Source: Allobaculum fili
GTDB lineage: Bacteria; Bacillota_I; Bacilli_A; Erysipelotrichales; Erysipelotrichaceae
Assembly: GCF_020969955.1 (NCBI RefSeq)
Contig: NZ_JAHDSX010000019.1
Span: forward strand, 1-32,000
Direction: 5' to 3'
Length of the DNA: 32,000 nucleotides
Part shown: in pieces, positions 8,124 through 16,595 of the stretch
Numbering within the stretch: position 1 is the first letter of the stretch
Layout: every line of letters begins with the position of its first letter
Position numbers and translations under genes: made by a program
Notes under the pieces: generated by a model
Databases searched by the model: none
What the model was told of the DNA's origin: nothing
What the model saw: only the letters and a program-made list of their open reading frames with translations

Positions 8124-8169
8124 AATCAGGCAGTCAAACGACAGCACAAATCAAAAACTAGTACACAAT

Positions 8170-8245
8170 GGAGGCTTAGCTCAGTTGGGAGAGCGTCTGC
8201 CTTACAAGCAGAGGGTCAGCGGTTCGAGCCCGTTAGCCTCCACCA
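8170..8245 (+). tRNA. tRNA-Val (anticodon TAC), CCA encoded
   Basis: Folded by hand: acceptor GGAGGCT/AGCCTCC, D-arm GCTC/GAGC, anticodon stem TCTGC/GCAGA with loop CTTACAA, T-arm AGCGG-TTCGAGC-CCGTT, discriminator A, then CCA. Confidence 0.95.
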
Positions 8246-8253
8246 TTGTGAAT

Positions 8254-8337
8254 GGAGAGATAGCGAAGTGGCTAAACGCGGCTGACTGTAACTCAGTTCC
8301 TTAGGGTTCGGCAGTTCGAATCTGCCTCTCTCCACCA
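8254..8337 (+). tRNA. tRNA-Tyr (anticodon GTA), long variable arm, CCA encoded
   Basis: Acceptor GGAGAGA/TCTCTCC, anticodon stem GCTGA/TCAGT with loop CTGTAAC, long variable arm (tccttagggttc), T-arm GGCAG-TTCGAAT-CTGCC, then A and CCA. Confidence 0.95.
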
Positions 8338-8340
8338 CTT

Positions 8341-8414
8341 GCAGGTGTAGTTCAATGGTAGAACTTCAGCCTTCCAAGCTGACTACGTGAGTTCGATTCT
8401 CATCACCTGCTCCA
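8341..8414 (+). tRNA. tRNA-Gly (anticodon TCC), CCA encoded
   Basis: Acceptor GCAGGTG/CACCTGC, D-arm GTTC/GAAC, anticodon stem TCAGC/GCTGA with loop CTTCCAA, T-arm GTGAG-TTCGATT-CTCAT, then T and CCA. Confidence 0.95.
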
Positions 8415-8425
8415 TTTGAAATTTT

Positions 8426-8448
8426 CGGGACTTCGGTCCCGTTTTTTT
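8426..8448 (+). terminator. Rho-independent terminator of the tRNA cluster
   Basis: cgggac-ttcg-gtcccg followed by TTTTTTT. Confidence 0.8.
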
Positions 8449-8505
8449 GTGCACTAAAAAAACTTAGATCGACGGAATTTACATACCCGCTCTCGTGAGA
8501 AATTC

Positions 8506-9243
8506 ATGCATGCGTATAATAAGGACATGAAAAACCATTTTAAAGCGATTGTGATTACGCTCCTGGTGATCCTGTGTATTTTCACAGGACTGAGTGGCGC
8601 CGCTCTGTTTGGCCTGCAGCGGCAGGTTTCCTCTCTTACCGCTTCGTTTGTGAATCCATCCGATGAACCGAGTGAAAAAGGAGAGGTCACTCTGAGCGCG
8701 CCCCAGACGCTGACCCGTTTTTACCAGACTCTGGTCAGTGAATTGAACGAATATGGCGATCCCGCCAAAACGCAGGAAGCGAGTGCCCGCCTTCTGACGC
8801 AGGTGTTTGTCAAAACCATGAAGGACTGCACCGTCAGGACGATTGAATACAAGCCAGACGGACTGGAAATCGAAATTCAGGGTGTCTGCGTTCCGTTCGA
8901 TCAGATCGACAGCTCGCTGGCTTCTTCTGTGCTCTATTCTTCGCTGGGCCGCTACGCGATGAGTCACCCCGTCAATTCCGCCATGGCCATTTTCGGATCG
9001 ACAGAAAATTTTAAGAGCACTGTGTACGGCGATTTCGTCAACTTCTACCTGGAAGATCTGAAAAACGCGATTATGAAGCTGGATGCCGAACCGGTCTACT
9101 ATACGATCGACGTGAGCATCGATGCCGAGGGAAACTGGAAAATCCGCACGATCGATACCCAGGAAGGTACCTCTCTTTCGCAGGATGCTGCCAGTTCCCA
9201 GACAGTAAATCCGGACGCGGATTCGGACGCTTCGAAAAAGTAA
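8506..9243 (+). CDS. Single-pass membrane protein, extracytoplasmic domain of unknown function
   Basis: 245-aa ORF with an N-terminal TM helix (AIVITLLVILCIFTGLSGAALFGL) and an acidic, Ser-rich C-terminal tail. The start is uncertain (ATG 8506 or 8527). I recognised no family motif. Confidence 0.65.
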   Translation: MHAYNKDMKNHFKAIVITLLVILCIFTGLSGAALFGLQRQVSSLTASFVNPSDEPSEKGEVTLSAPQTLTRFYQTLVSELNEYGDPAKTQEASARLLTQVFVKTMKDCTVRTIEYKPDGLEIEIQGVCVPFDQIDSSLASSVLYSSLGRYAMSHPVNSAMAIFGSTENFKSTVYGDFVNFYLEDLKNAIMKLDAEPVYYTIDVSIDAEGNWKIRTIDTQEGTSLSQDAASSQTVNPDADSDASKK

Positions 9244-9455
9244 CCTCTGACCGCTTCGGAATGCTCCTTTCTTAAATGAGGCGAAATGCCGTATCTCTTA
9301 TCGCTTACCGCTTATCCGATTTTTCGATCGGAAGCTGTAAGCGGACAGGCACACCCGATCCGTCCAGACACACAGCCCGGTACAATGCAGGTAAATATAC
9401 GTCTGCAGCGTATCGGGCTATTCTTTCATATACCGGTTTGGAAAGGGGCAAAACA

Positions 9456-9875
9456 ATGAATACGGTTCGCAATTATCATCGCATGATGAAAAAGACCGGC
9501 GGCGACAAGCTGCTGTATTCGTTTCTGATTTTTTACTTTGTCGATTGCGCGCTCATTCTCTGGAACGACCCGTCGATTTCCAGCTATGGCGATGCGCTGT
9601 GGATGGGCTTTAGCGTCGCGACAACGATCGGGCTTGGCGATTATACGGTCACCACGCCGCTGGCCCGCATTCTCACGATACTTCTCGGCATTTACGGAGC
9701 TGTCGTGGCCGCTTATATTCCCGGCCTGATCGCCTCGTCGTACTTTGAAAAACTGACCCGCAAAAGAAAGGCGGTTATGCAGAAACATGGCGAAGCTCTC
9801 CAAAACCTTTCGCAGATGAGCCCGGCGCAGAGAAAAGAGCTGTCCGCGCAGATTCGTAAGGAGAACGCGGCATGA
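9456..9875 (+). CDS. Minimal 2-TM potassium-channel subunit A (filter TTIGLGD)
   Basis: AAAGGGG RBS before ATG 9456. Layout is TM1 (LLYSFLIFYFVDCALILW), pore helix plus filter (ALWMGFSVATTIGLGDY), TM2, then a basic tail. The track start at 9276 adds 60 non-membrane residues with no RBS. Confidence 0.8.
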   Translation: MNTVRNYHRMMKKTGGDKLLYSFLIFYFVDCALILWNDPSISSYGDALWMGFSVATTIGLGDYTVTTPLARILTILLGIYGAVVAAYIPGLIASSYFEKLTRKRKAVMQKHGEALQNLSQMSPAQRKELSAQIRKENAA

Positions 9876-10318
9876 AGGTGATCAGTCTTTTTTCTCTGAT
9901 TCTCAAGCAGACGCATACCCGTCGCTATCTGACGGCGTTTGTCGGGTTCTTTCTCGTTGCCACGCTTCTTTTGTGGCTTACCGATCCAGATCTGCATTCG
10001 TGGTGGGATGCGATCTGGTACGGATTCATGTTAGTGACGACCATCGGCTTTGGCGATCTGAAAGCGACGACGCTGGTCTCCCGCCTCATTTCGGTAGTAC
10101 TCGGCCTGAACGGCATTCTGACAATGGGATTTCTTTGCGGCGTAGGAGCGAGCTGGCTGTTTGAAACAGTCCGGCTTGGACAGGGCGAATCCATTGCGCG
10201 CATGCTGGATCAGCTCGAACATCTCGAAGATCTCGATGACGATCAGATCGACCACCTCAGCCGTCAGATTTCCCGGTACGATCCTTCGAAAGAAATCGAG
10301 CCGCCCACGAAGGCGTGA
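9872..10318 (+). CDS. Minimal 2-TM potassium-channel subunit B (filter TTIGFGD)
   Basis: The start overlaps the upstream stop (ATGA, 9872-9875), with AAGGAG 8 nt upstream. Layout is TM1 (YLTAFVGFFLVATLLLWL), pore helix plus filter (AIWYGFMLVTTIGFGDL), TM2, then an acidic tail. Confidence 0.8.
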   Translation: MKVISLFSLILKQTHTRRYLTAFVGFFLVATLLLWLTDPDLHSWWDAIWYGFMLVTTIGFGDLKATTLVSRLISVVLGLNGILTMGFLCGVGASWLFETVRLGQGESIARMLDQLEHLEDLDDDQIDHLSRQISRYDPSKEIEPPTKA

Positions 10319-10573
10319 AAGCCCATACCGCGCAAAAGCAGGAGAGATCGCCTGATTTCTGGGCAGTATATGTATGAATGAAGTAAAATTGATGAAGATA
10401 GATTCCTGTTCCAAAATGCCGGTTCAAACGCCGCCAGACGTGTTCGTCGGGCAAGACCCGGCAGGATCCCATCCGTTAGCCTGCCTGCAGACTTTCGTGA
10501 ATGAACGATCCAGGAACAGAAAAAAGAAAGCAGGTCTTCGTTTTTGAAAAGGGAAGACCAGAAAGGAATACAT

Positions 10574-11737
10574 ATGGAAAAAGTTACCGACACAGTCTAT
10601 TTTGTGGGCTGTCAGGATCGCGACATTGATCTGTTTGAATCGCAGTACAAAGTTCCTAACGGTGTAAGCTACAACTCCTATCTGATTAAGGATGGAAAAA
10701 ATGTGCTGATGGACACCGTTGACCGCCGTCGTACAAATGAGTGGCTGGCCAATGTAGAAGAAGCGCTTGCCGGCGAACCGCTCGATTATCTGGTAGTGCA
10801 GCATCTGGAACCGGATCACTCCGGAAGCCTGGATGCCATTCTCAAAGCGCATCCGGAAGCCACTGTCGTTGCCAGCGCGAAAGCCTGGTCCATGATTCCC
10901 AATTTTGAAGTCACTCCAATTCCGGAAGATCATCGTCTTTCCGTAAAAGAAGGCGACATGCTCGATCTGGGTACGCGCAAGCTGACTTTTGTCATGGCTC
11001 CGATGGTACACTGGCCTGAAGTCATGGTGACATACGATGACAAGGACAAAATCCTGTTCTCCGCAGACGGCTTTGGAAAATTCGGAGCCAGCGGAACAGA
11101 TGAACCGTGGGATGATGAAGCCCGCCGCTATTTCATCAACATCGTAGGCAAATACGGAAAACAGGTACAGGCTCTGCTCAAAAAGGCAGCCGGCCTCGAT
11201 ATCGCCATCATCGCCCCGCTCCACGGACCAGTTCTGAAAGAAGACCTTGGCCGCTACATCAGTCTGTACGACAAGTGGTCGAGCTACACGCCGGAAACGG
11301 ATGAAATCCTGATCCTCGTCGCTTCCATCCACGGTCACACGAATGTCGTTGCAGACCGCATGAAGGAAATTCTCGAAGCGAAAGGACAGAAAGTCCGCCT
11401 CATGGACGTAACCCGTCAGGATACGCACGAAGCCGTTGCCCAGTGCTACCGCTGCAAAAAAATCGTGCTGATCGCCTGCTCCTATGATGCCGGCGTATTC
11501 CCGGCGATGGAACGCGTGCTGTCCATTCTTGCCCACAAGAACTTCCAGAACCGCACGATTGCCATGATCCAGAACGGATCCTGGGCACCAAGCGCTGCCA
11601 AGACGATGAAATCCATCCTCGAAGGCTGCAAGGATATCCAGTATGTCGAACCGGTCGTAACGATTACAACGTCGCTCAAGGAAAAAGACATCGCCCCAAT
11701 GGAAGAACTCGCCGATCACCTGATCGCTGCAGAATAA
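10574..11737 (+). CDS. fprA: Flavodiiron protein (FprA-type A flavoprotein: metallo-beta-lactamase-like diiron domain plus flavodoxin domain)
   Basis: Contains the diiron motif HLEPDHSG, the N-terminal signature YFVGCQDRDIDLFE...YNSYLI, and a C-terminal flavodoxin-like domain (ILILVASIHGHTN...). The start is placed at MEKV (ATG 10574) behind AAAGGA. Length is typical at ~387 aa. Confidence 0.9.
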   Translation: MEKVTDTVYFVGCQDRDIDLFESQYKVPNGVSYNSYLIKDGKNVLMDTVDRRRTNEWLANVEEALAGEPLDYLVVQHLEPDHSGSLDAILKAHPEATVVASAKAWSMIPNFEVTPIPEDHRLSVKEGDMLDLGTRKLTFVMAPMVHWPEVMVTYDDKDKILFSADGFGKFGASGTDEPWDDEARRYFINIVGKYGKQVQALLKKAAGLDIAIIAPLHGPVLKEDLGRYISLYDKWSSYTPETDEILILVASIHGHTNVVADRMKEILEAKGQKVRLMDVTRQDTHEAVAQCYRCKKIVLIACSYDAGVFPAMERVLSILAHKNFQNRTIAMIQNGSWAPSAAKTMKSILEGCKDIQYVEPVVTITTSLKEKDIAPMEELADHLIAAE

Positions 11738-11745
11738 AACCAATC

Positions 11746-11787
11746 GCCATGGAAAAATCCGCTCTGGATGCTTCCATGGCTTTTTTT
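11746..11787 (+). terminator. Rho-independent terminator of fprA
   Basis: 9-bp stem gccatggaa / ttccatggc (11746-11754 / 11772-11780) followed by TTTTTTT. Confidence 0.7.
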
Positions 11788-11965
11788 GATTTAGGACGGT
11801 TTTTGCGAAAGAAAGACAGACGGGCACCTCGCGTGAAAAAAAGAGCGGGGCTGTTCGATTCTGAAAAAAAACAGACCGATAAAGTGTTCCGCAGTCCATA
11901 CCCATCGCCCAGGTGAAAACCAGAAACCGATGCAGAGACGCGGAGAAATCGGCGGAGGATCCTTT

Positions 11966-12397
11966 ATGAATGAACAAACGTGGCTCGAGCAGAAACTGGC
12001 CCAGAATGGCTTTACGCTCGAAGATCTGAGCAAGCAGACCGGAATCGATCGCTCAACGCTTTTAAAAATGGCAGAGAAGGAAGAAGCCAGAGACGAACAG
12101 TGGAATACGGTGCTTTCCGTACTGAACAGCTATCCGATTCTGTATACGCCTTCTGCAGACCTGCTTGATCTTCTGTGCCAGCGCATAGAGCAGAGCTCGG
12201 CGCAGGAAATGTGTACCGTTTACTATGGCGTCAACCAGAGCAATCTCATTTTCGCCCTCTGTCAGTTTGAAGACGGCTCGATTCACGGCGCCAATGTGCA
12301 GCCGGATTTTCTGCGTTCGCTGCACCTTCCGCTTGGTGAAGTGCTCCAGCTGTTTCAGGCGCAGGAACTGGCTCTTGAAAACGGAAAGCTGAGCTGA
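11966..12397 (+). CDS. Small protein with N-terminal helix-turn-helix-like segment, function unknown
   Basis: GGAGG RBS before ATG 11966 (MNEQTW...). The segment FTLEDLSKQTGIDRSTLLKM looks like an XRE-type HTH. I did not recognise the C-terminal ~90 aa. It is monocistronic, lying between two terminators. Confidence 0.6.
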   Translation: MNEQTWLEQKLAQNGFTLEDLSKQTGIDRSTLLKMAEKEEARDEQWNTVLSVLNSYPILYTPSADLLDLLCQRIEQSSAQEMCTVYYGVNQSNLIFALCQFEDGSIHGANVQPDFLRSLHLPLGEVLQLFQAQELALENGKLS

Positions 12398-12505
12398 AGA
12401 CACGGAAAAGCGTGTGCAAAAGAAAAGTCAGACATCTGCCTGTCCTTCTGTGTCAGAGCAGACAAGGCTGAACTGAATCCAGAGGGACTGGAAAGAACAC
12501 AGAAA

Positions 12506-12547
12506 CAGCGCTGTGATTTCTCAAAAGGAGCACAGCGCCGTTTGTTT
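12506..12547. terminator. Probable shared terminator between convergent genes
   Basis: Stem cagcgctgtg (12506-12515) / cacagcgc (12531-12538) with a 15-nt loop. tttgttt follows on the + strand and tttctgtg follows on the - strand. Confidence 0.45.
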
Positions 12548-12597
12548 CGTTATTCTTTTCAAATTGGTTCCGAAAACTTTAAGAGTTTTCGCCATAA

Positions 12598-13158
12598 TCA
12601 GAGCTGAAGTACGATACCCGTAATCGCGCAGATGACAATCAGCGCGATCGGGTGGAGCTTTTTAAAGGAGAAGGCCACGATGCCAAAAAGCACGATGAGG
12701 CCCAGATTGATCCAGAAGCTCTGATTCAGTACGAATCCCGAAGGGAAGAGTACGCTGACCACTACGCCGATGGCCGCCGATACGATCAGCGCGCAGGAAG
12801 CGGGGCGCAGTCCGTAAAACGCGTCCTGTACGTAGGGGTTGTCCTTGGCCGACTGCAGAACCCGTGCGATCACGCAGATGATGATGACGCTTGGCATGAC
12901 CAGAGCAGCCGTTGTCAGAATTCCGCCGAGAATGTTATTGCCGGTGGCGTGATAGCCGACGTAGGTTGCCATGTTAATGCCGATCGGTCCCGGAGTGGAT
13001 TCGGAAATGGCGATCATGTTGAGCAGATCCTGTTCGGTAAACCAGTGATAGCGCTCCATCATCTCATAAAGAAACGGGATGGTGGCCAGACCGCCGCCGA
13101 CCGAAAACAGACCGGTTTTGAAAAATTCAAGGAAAAGGGTCCAGTACAGACTAAGCAT
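12598..13158 (-). CDS. chrA: Chromate-ion transporter (CHR) family, short-chain half (downstream partner)
   Basis: The N-terminus FLEFFKTGLFSVGGGLATIPFL is the CHR signature. The protein is 186 aa and polytopic. A GAGGAGG RBS lies inside the upstream gene, and the start overlaps the upstream stop by 8 nt. Confidence 0.9.
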   Translation of the reverse strand: MLSLYWTLFLEFFKTGLFSVGGGLATIPFLYEMMERYHWFTEQDLLNMIAISESTPGPIGINMATYVGYHATGNNILGGILTTAALVMPSVIIICVIARVLQSAKDNPYVQDAFYGLRPASCALIVSAAIGVVVSVLFPSGFVLNQSFWINLGLIVLFGIVAFSFKKLHPIALIVICAITGIVLQL

Positions 13159-13849
13159 GACGGTCCTCCTCTGGCTTTACGCTCTCTTCCAGCTTGGCGC
13201 TCGCCTTTGCGGGCACGTTCGCGTCGGATTTTGATTGCGCAGACGGCGTTTCTGTCGTATCTTGTTTTGGCTGATTCGTCGCAGACGACGCTTTGGCTTT
13301 AGCTAACGCCGGCCACTTTACAGGCGCTTTCTTTCCCAGAATGCCTGCGGCGGCTGCCAGGATGACGATGATCGTCGCGGAAAGCAGATTGAAGTAGGAA
13401 AGTCCCAGAAACAGGACAAACAGAGCCAGAGCGTACCAGTCTTTGACGCCGGCTTTGAACATCTTCAAAACGGCCTGCATAATCAGAACGCATACCGCAA
13501 TACGGATGCCCGCCAGGGCGTGCTGAACGATCGGCTGATCCGCAAACGAGGTCATCAGCGACGCGATCAGCATGATGATGACCAGCGAAGGAAAGACGAT
13601 GCCGGCTGTCGCCATGATGGCGCCGGGGGTCTTTTTCTGGGAGTATCCGACAAACGTGGCGGTATTGACGGCGATGATTCCTGGTGTACACTGACCGATG
13701 GCGTAATAGTCCATCAGTTCGTCATACGTTGCCCAGTGCTTCTTGTTGACGACTTCTTTTTCCAGCATGGGAAGCATGGCCAGTCCGCCGCCAAACGTGA
13801 ACAGGCCGATTTTGGAAAAGGTTAGAAATAAATCTGCATAAATGTTCAT
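13151..13849 (-). CDS. chrA: Chromate-ion transporter (CHR) family, short-chain half (upstream partner) with K/A/S/P-rich C-terminal tail
   Basis: From ATG 13849: MNIYADLFLTFSKIGLFTFGGGLAMLPMLEKE..., the CHR signature. The last ~55 aa are a low-complexity tail. The track ORF start at 14263 adds 138 residues that cross the divergent promoter region and overlap the + strand lipoprotein gene. Confidence 0.85.
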   Translation of the reverse strand: MNIYADLFLTFSKIGLFTFGGGLAMLPMLEKEVVNKKHWATYDELMDYYAIGQCTPGIIAVNTATFVGYSQKKTPGAIMATAGIVFPSLVIIMLIASLMTSFADQPIVQHALAGIRIAVCVLIMQAVLKMFKAGVKDWYALALFVLFLGLSYFNLLSATIIVILAAAAGILGKKAPVKWPALAKAKASSATNQPKQDTTETPSAQSKSDANVPAKASAKLEESVKPEEDRHA

Positions 13850-14036
13850 AAGCGTTAAATTCCGTTTTTTCCTTAGTTTGTTCTCTGATTCTTTGAGGGT
13901 CAACACTTTCGACTTGAAACAGGTCAGCAGGCTTGAGAAAAGCGGAAGAAAATTACACGATGAGAAAAGGTTAGAGACTTTATTTACAATCCAGGCAGGA
14001 TGACGTGTATATTCCTGTCTTGAAATGAGGTTGATT

Positions 14037-15020
14037 ATGAAACGATTGAAACGGCTTCTCAAGCCGGTGATTGCGCTGTCCCTGTTCGTGCTGACAGGAT
14101 GTTCTGGCGGATCCGGACAGGATCTGAAAGTGGTCAGCGACAAAACCGTAGAGCTTGGTGAAACAGTATCCCTGGCTCCTTCCGAGTATCTGTTAAACGA
14201 GCCGGATGAGAGCATTCTGAACGAAATTACCGTCGATTCCGATCTGAAGACGGATTCCGACAAATATACCTATAACGGCTTCAAGGAAACCGTCACATCC
14301 AAAGATAAGAAGTACCTCGATATCGGTACGTACAAGCTGACGCTCAAATACGACGGCAAGGACTATCCGGTAACGCTGCGCGTGGAAGATACCGTGATGC
14401 CGGAGTTCATTTCGCCTTCCGCAGTCGTTACGATTCCGGTCGGCAAAACCGACTTCGATTTCTCGAAAATTTATCGGACCGACGATAAATCGGATGTGGA
14501 AATCCGCCTTGACGGTTTTTATAACCTGAACAAGGAAGGCACGTATCCGGTAACGATCGTGGCGACCGACGCGGCCGGCAACACGAACTCGATCGAAATT
14601 ACGATCAACGTCGTTGCCGACAATACCCACATTACTGCGTCCGATCAGTTCGATGACGAAGTGGTTCCGTCTCCAGATGGGGACGACACCAGCAATGGCT
14701 CCCAGACGCCGGTGATTCCTGATCCGGAAGAACCGGTCGATGATCAGAAGCCCGACAAACCGAGCGTTCCGACGGCCTGCTCGATTTCCACGCTGCCTGC
14801 CGGTGCAGAAAGCGCGGAAGTCTACTACAGCTTCTCCGATCTGTACGCAGCCGGTACCGCATGGAATCAGCTTTCTCCAAACAACTATTTCTTCTATCTT
14901 GAAGGCGCGGACGACTGCGGAAACAAAGTCTACTTCCTGACTAAGGGAACGCAGACTCCGGATCCATCCGCCCAGCCCCAGCAGACGCCAAATGCTGCCG
15001 GAGACGACAATTCCAAATAG
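14037..15020 (+). CDS. Lipoprotein with bacterial Ig-like domain(s) and P/D-rich linker
   Basis: MKRLKRLLKPVIALSLFVLTGCSGG is a signal peptide with lipobox LTGC. VTIVATDAAGNTNSIEITINVV is typical of Ig-like (Big/DUF5011-type) domains. A GAGG RBS precedes ATG 14037. Confidence 0.8.
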   Translation: MKRLKRLLKPVIALSLFVLTGCSGGSGQDLKVVSDKTVELGETVSLAPSEYLLNEPDESILNEITVDSDLKTDSDKYTYNGFKETVTSKDKKYLDIGTYKLTLKYDGKDYPVTLRVEDTVMPEFISPSAVVTIPVGKTDFDFSKIYRTDDKSDVEIRLDGFYNLNKEGTYPVTIVATDAAGNTNSIEITINVVADNTHITASDQFDDEVVPSPDGDDTSNGSQTPVIPDPEEPVDDQKPDKPSVPTACSISTLPAGAESAEVYYSFSDLYAAGTAWNQLSPNNYFFYLEGADDCGNKVYFLTKGTQTPDPSAQPQQTPNAAGDDNSK

Positions 15021-15029
15021 AAACTGCCA

Positions 15030-15061
15030 AAGACCCAGCCAGAAAAGCCGGGTCTTTTTTG
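15030..15061 (+). terminator. Rho-independent terminator of the Ig-like lipoprotein gene
   Basis: agaccc...gggtct stem (15031-15036 / 15050-15055) followed by TTTTTT. Confidence 0.6.
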
Positions 15062-15346
15062 CGCTCTTTTGGGCTTCTGCACGGCTGCTGCGCTGCTGCT
15101 TTCGGTTTTGACGCAGCAGCTTTCTGCCGCTGGATCACCGGAAAACCGGCACTTTTCTCCATGATTGCAGGCGCAGAAGACAAGGCCAGAACCGGAGGAC
15201 AAATGAAGAAAATCTGGTCGGCCATTTTCGAAAAAGGGCGGTCAGTCCATCGAAAAGCTAGTGTATCATTTAAATCAGATAGAAGTATATTTTGCGAGAC
15301 ACGCCTCGCACGATTTTACGATGCCCGCAATGAAAGGGGGCTGAGG

Positions 15347-16533
15347 ATGAAATACAGTTTTGATGAAGTTATCGATCGAACCGGATACCGTTGTGCCAAA
15401 TACGACGAACGCCTGCAGAAATTCGGTCGGGCGGATGTCCTTCCGCTCTGGGTGGCGGATATGGATTTCAAAACGGCACAGCCGATCATTGACGCCTGTG
15501 TCGCCAAGGCAAAAGAAGGCATTTGGGGCTATACATCAAGACCCGACAGCTATTTTCAGGCGGTCCAGGACTGGCAGCTGCGGCGAAACCAGTGGAAGCC
15601 GGATACGAAGTTAATGAGCTGGAGTCTTGGCGTCGTCCCGGCCATGAGCGCCATTTTGCACATCTTTTCCGATCCGCAGGATCGTATTCCCATTCAGACG
15701 CCGGTGTATTCCGACTTTTACGACATCGTTGAGGACAGCGGTCGAATTGTGGTCGAAAACCGGCTGCTGGAACAGAACGGGCGCTGGCAAATCGATTTTG
15801 ATGATTTTGCCCGAAAGGCCAGAACATGCAGAATTTTCCTGATTTGCAGTCCGCACAATTCCGTCGGACGGGTATGGAGCCGGGACGAACTTACACGCAT
15901 GGCGCAAATCTGCATCGAAAACGATGTGCTGATCGTTTCGGATGAAATTCATTCGGATCTGATTTTTAACGGGTGTCGACATATCCCGACCGCGTCTCTG
16001 TCGGAAGATATTGGTCGGCATGTCATCACGGCACCTCTATTTCCAAGACGTTCAACCTCGCCGGAATGCAGGCCAGTACGACGATTTTCCGGATGCGAAG
16101 AAAAAAGAGCGTTTCGACCGCTTCTGGGGCGCCATGGACATTCATCGAAACAACGCCTTCAGTTCCGTGGCGATGGAAGCGTCGTACCGGCATGGCGAAG
16201 AGTGGCTGGACCAGCTTCTCTTCTATTTGCAGGGAAACTTTGACTGCGTCTGCGACTTCTGCAAAAAATGGATTCCGCAAATCCGGCCAAATCATCCCAA
16301 TGCAACGTATCTGATATGGCTGGACTGCCGGGATCTGCATCTGAGCGATGATGCGCTGCGCGATTTTTTCATTGAGAGGGCTGAACGAAGGGCGATCGTT
16401 TGACCGCAGCTCCGGCTATATGCGCCTGAACGCCGCCTGTCCAAGATCCATTCTCGAACAGGCTATGCATCGGCTCAAAAAGGCCGTCGACGACCTGGTG
16501 ACAGAAGGCAGGCAAAAGCAGGAAACGGCATGA
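15347..16533 (+). pseudogene. PatB/MalY-type PLP-dependent C-S lyase (cystathionine beta-lyase family aminotransferase), three frameshifts
   Basis: GGGGGCTGAGG RBS plus ATG 15347: MKYSFDEVIDRTGYRCAKYD...SPHNSVGRVW...SDEIHSDLIF. The reading continues only by changing frame three times. The first change is at GG 16030-16031 (giving TSISKTFNLAGMQASTTIF). The second is at TTTTCC 16085-16090 (giving PDAKKKERFDRFW...ATYLIWLDCRDL...FFIER). The third is at GGG 16378-16380 (giving GLNEGRSF...GYMRLNAACPRSILEQAMHRLKKAV, stop at 16533). Confidence 0.8.
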
Positions 16534-16595
16534 GATAGAACGGTGTGAGATAGAAGAAAACAGGAAATACGGTCAGGGAAAGGAAGGAAAGACTT

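Noticed and set aside
8095-8304. 69-aa + strand ORF
   Set aside because: It is entirely explained by the tRNA-Val and tRNA-Tyr genes it runs through.
9276-9455. 60-residue N-terminal extension of K+ channel subunit A
   Set aside because: ATG 9276 has no RBS and the extension is not membrane- or channel-like. ATG 9456 has an AAAGGGG RBS and gives a subunit the same size as its paralog.
8415-10318. Possible genomic island integrated at the tRNA-Gly 3' end
   Set aside because: I saw no integrase or recombinase gene, no visible direct repeat of the tRNA 3' end downstream, and no compositional break. A clean terminator follows the tRNA genes, then ordinary membrane-protein genes.
10424-11977. 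517-aa ORF on the minus strand, the longest unexplained ORF in the track
   Set aside because: It is exactly antisense to the well-supported flavodiiron gene. Its translation is F/R/H/V-rich with no motifs, no RBS and no terminator, and it runs across the fprA terminator. This is a typical shadow ORF of a codon-biased gene.
13850-14263. 138-residue N-terminal extension of the upstream chrA ORF (track start 14263)
   Set aside because: The extension crosses the divergent intergenic region and overlaps the + strand lipoprotein gene. The CHR signature begins right after ATG 13849.
15059-15346. 96-residue upstream extension of the C-S lyase ORF, and a possible S-box/T-box/other riboswitch in the same 290-nt leader
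   Set aside because: The family N-terminus (MKYSFDEVIDR) begins at ATG 15347 with a strong RBS. I looked for SAM-I core elements and the T-box sequence and did not find them. There is only a 9-bp inverted repeat gctgctgcg/cgcagcagc (about 15085-15122), which I cannot tie to a known class.
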